The translations under genes and the position numbers were made by a program. This document shows, one piece after another, positions 62,701 to 64,000 of a stretch of 64,000 bases of DNA. Position 1 is the first letter of the stretch; every line of letters starts with the position of its first letter. Under the pieces are notes generated by a model. That model worked only from the letters and a program-made list of their open reading frames with translations. It did not search any database and was not told where the DNA came from. The stretch is from Ylistrum balloti (lineage: Eukaryota): NCBI RefSeq assembly GCF_031769215.1, contig NW_026781958.1:2232001-2296000 (forward strand), written 5' to 3'.

Positions 62701-64000
62701 AAGTTTTCTGTAGTTTTGTAAGACGTAATGCTATTGAAATAAATAAATAAAATAGATAAATAGTTAATGAATACATTGATAAAGCTGTAGCTTTGCTTTT
62801 GTCATAGCTGTTTATAAGCTATCCTTTGCTGAGCTGTGTTTTACATGAAAAGCAGAAGGTTTATAAGAAGACAGGATGCGAGTAAGTACTTTACATTGTC
62901 TTCAATGAATACAAGAAATAGCTGGAGCACCTGCCGTCAAGTACCAGTCGCTGTCTATTGTATGGGACGGTACATAGACGGAGCGAGCGGCAGTTATCAT
63001 GATGGACGTTACGGGGCGAAACTAAAGGATACGAGACTTAAACACTTCACCAGACAGCCTTTCTCATCATCTGAGAGGCTCCAGTAAAACAGTAATTGTT
63101 CCGGAGGTGGCAGAGTTAAGATTGTTGCCATTTTTCATAAACAAGATAGGAAGAAAAAACAACTATAGTGGAAAAAGGGGCCACAAACATCGGCCTCTCC
63201 CAGATTCATCGCTGTATTTGATTCAGTACATCTTGTCGTTAATGTGACAAGAAATACAACCCATGAGAAGAACTAAACAGTAGATTTTAGTGTTGCCTCG
63301 TTACCATGAAACATACATTTCATAATCCACGGGTTGTTTTATACTCTATATAAAAACAAAATTATCGTTTGTTCTAAAATTTGGGGGATATATCATATAT
63401 ACATAGCAATTTGTTTTAATGCAAATATAACCGTTTGAGATTTATTTTTATGATAAATAATTTTATGAATCTTTGTCAACATGGAGGATCAAGAGTTGTA
63501 CCTGTACGTGCCAAATAATTATTTTGGTAAAGCAGCACAACAACTGATGACGTTGTGCGCATGTTTGTTATAGGAAAAAGAAGAATGACGTTATTAGAAA
63601 TGTATTGTACAATCTTCATTACACAGAGAGAGAGACCAGCTGCATCTTTGAAGGACATTCCTGATTCCTCTTTCGGAATTATGATTTCTCATATTGCCTA
63701 TCAGGTATGAGATTTTTTCTTCTTACGAAAGCATTTTACCTCAGAAAGGTATGAGATATTTCATGTTTGAAGGTCATAACAAGGTCAATGACGAGGTAAG
63801 ACCAAAGTCATACAGGTTATATTCAGTAAATATTATGTGGATATGAATCCGATGGTCAACAGCCGTTGGGGCTACTGAAGAAAATTTCTAAACTCAAATA
63901 CTTACCATAACCTTTAGTAGGCTGTAAGATATCTCAATATGCCATATTACATTTATATCTGTAATTGAAAATTGATGGTGGAATATCAACCATGACCAAT

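Overview
AT-rich, intron-rich animal DNA, most likely a mollusc (inferred from repeat families and composition). The window holds a tandem cluster of five calmodulin-like (four-EF-hand) genes on the minus strand: A ~4.8-13.7 kb, B 23.5-27.3 kb, C 39.6-41.8 kb, D 44.4-48.4 kb, E 56.8-59.5 kb. I rebuilt them exon by exon from GT-AG sites. A, C, D and E (and one of two models for B) share the calmodulin layout ATG | short exon | ~144 nt | ~243 nt | ~32 nt; A's last exon is unresolved. None is true calmodulin, and each has a different pattern of intact and degenerate Ca2+ loops. Between D and E, head-to-head with D, a phase-consistent plus-strand gene model (F, 51769-53143) is absent from the ORF track as a unit. 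It encodes a signal peptide, a small 2-Cys ectodomain, one TM segment and a juxtamembrane basic helix fitting the 1-5-8-14 calmodulin-binding pattern and resembling the PEP-19 IQ region. The D/F divergent spacer carries CRE palindromes at both ends and a 17-copy satellite with paired GATA sites. Seven unrelated minisatellites (31, 79, 63, ~40, 20, 43 and 20/10 bp), Penelope-like RT fragments, SINE/MITE remnants and a 137-nt N gap fill the spacers. The long ORFs in the track at 1-2.9 kb, 34.4-35.5 kb and 54.1-55.4 kb are satellite artefacts. All gene models are manual and lack transcript support.
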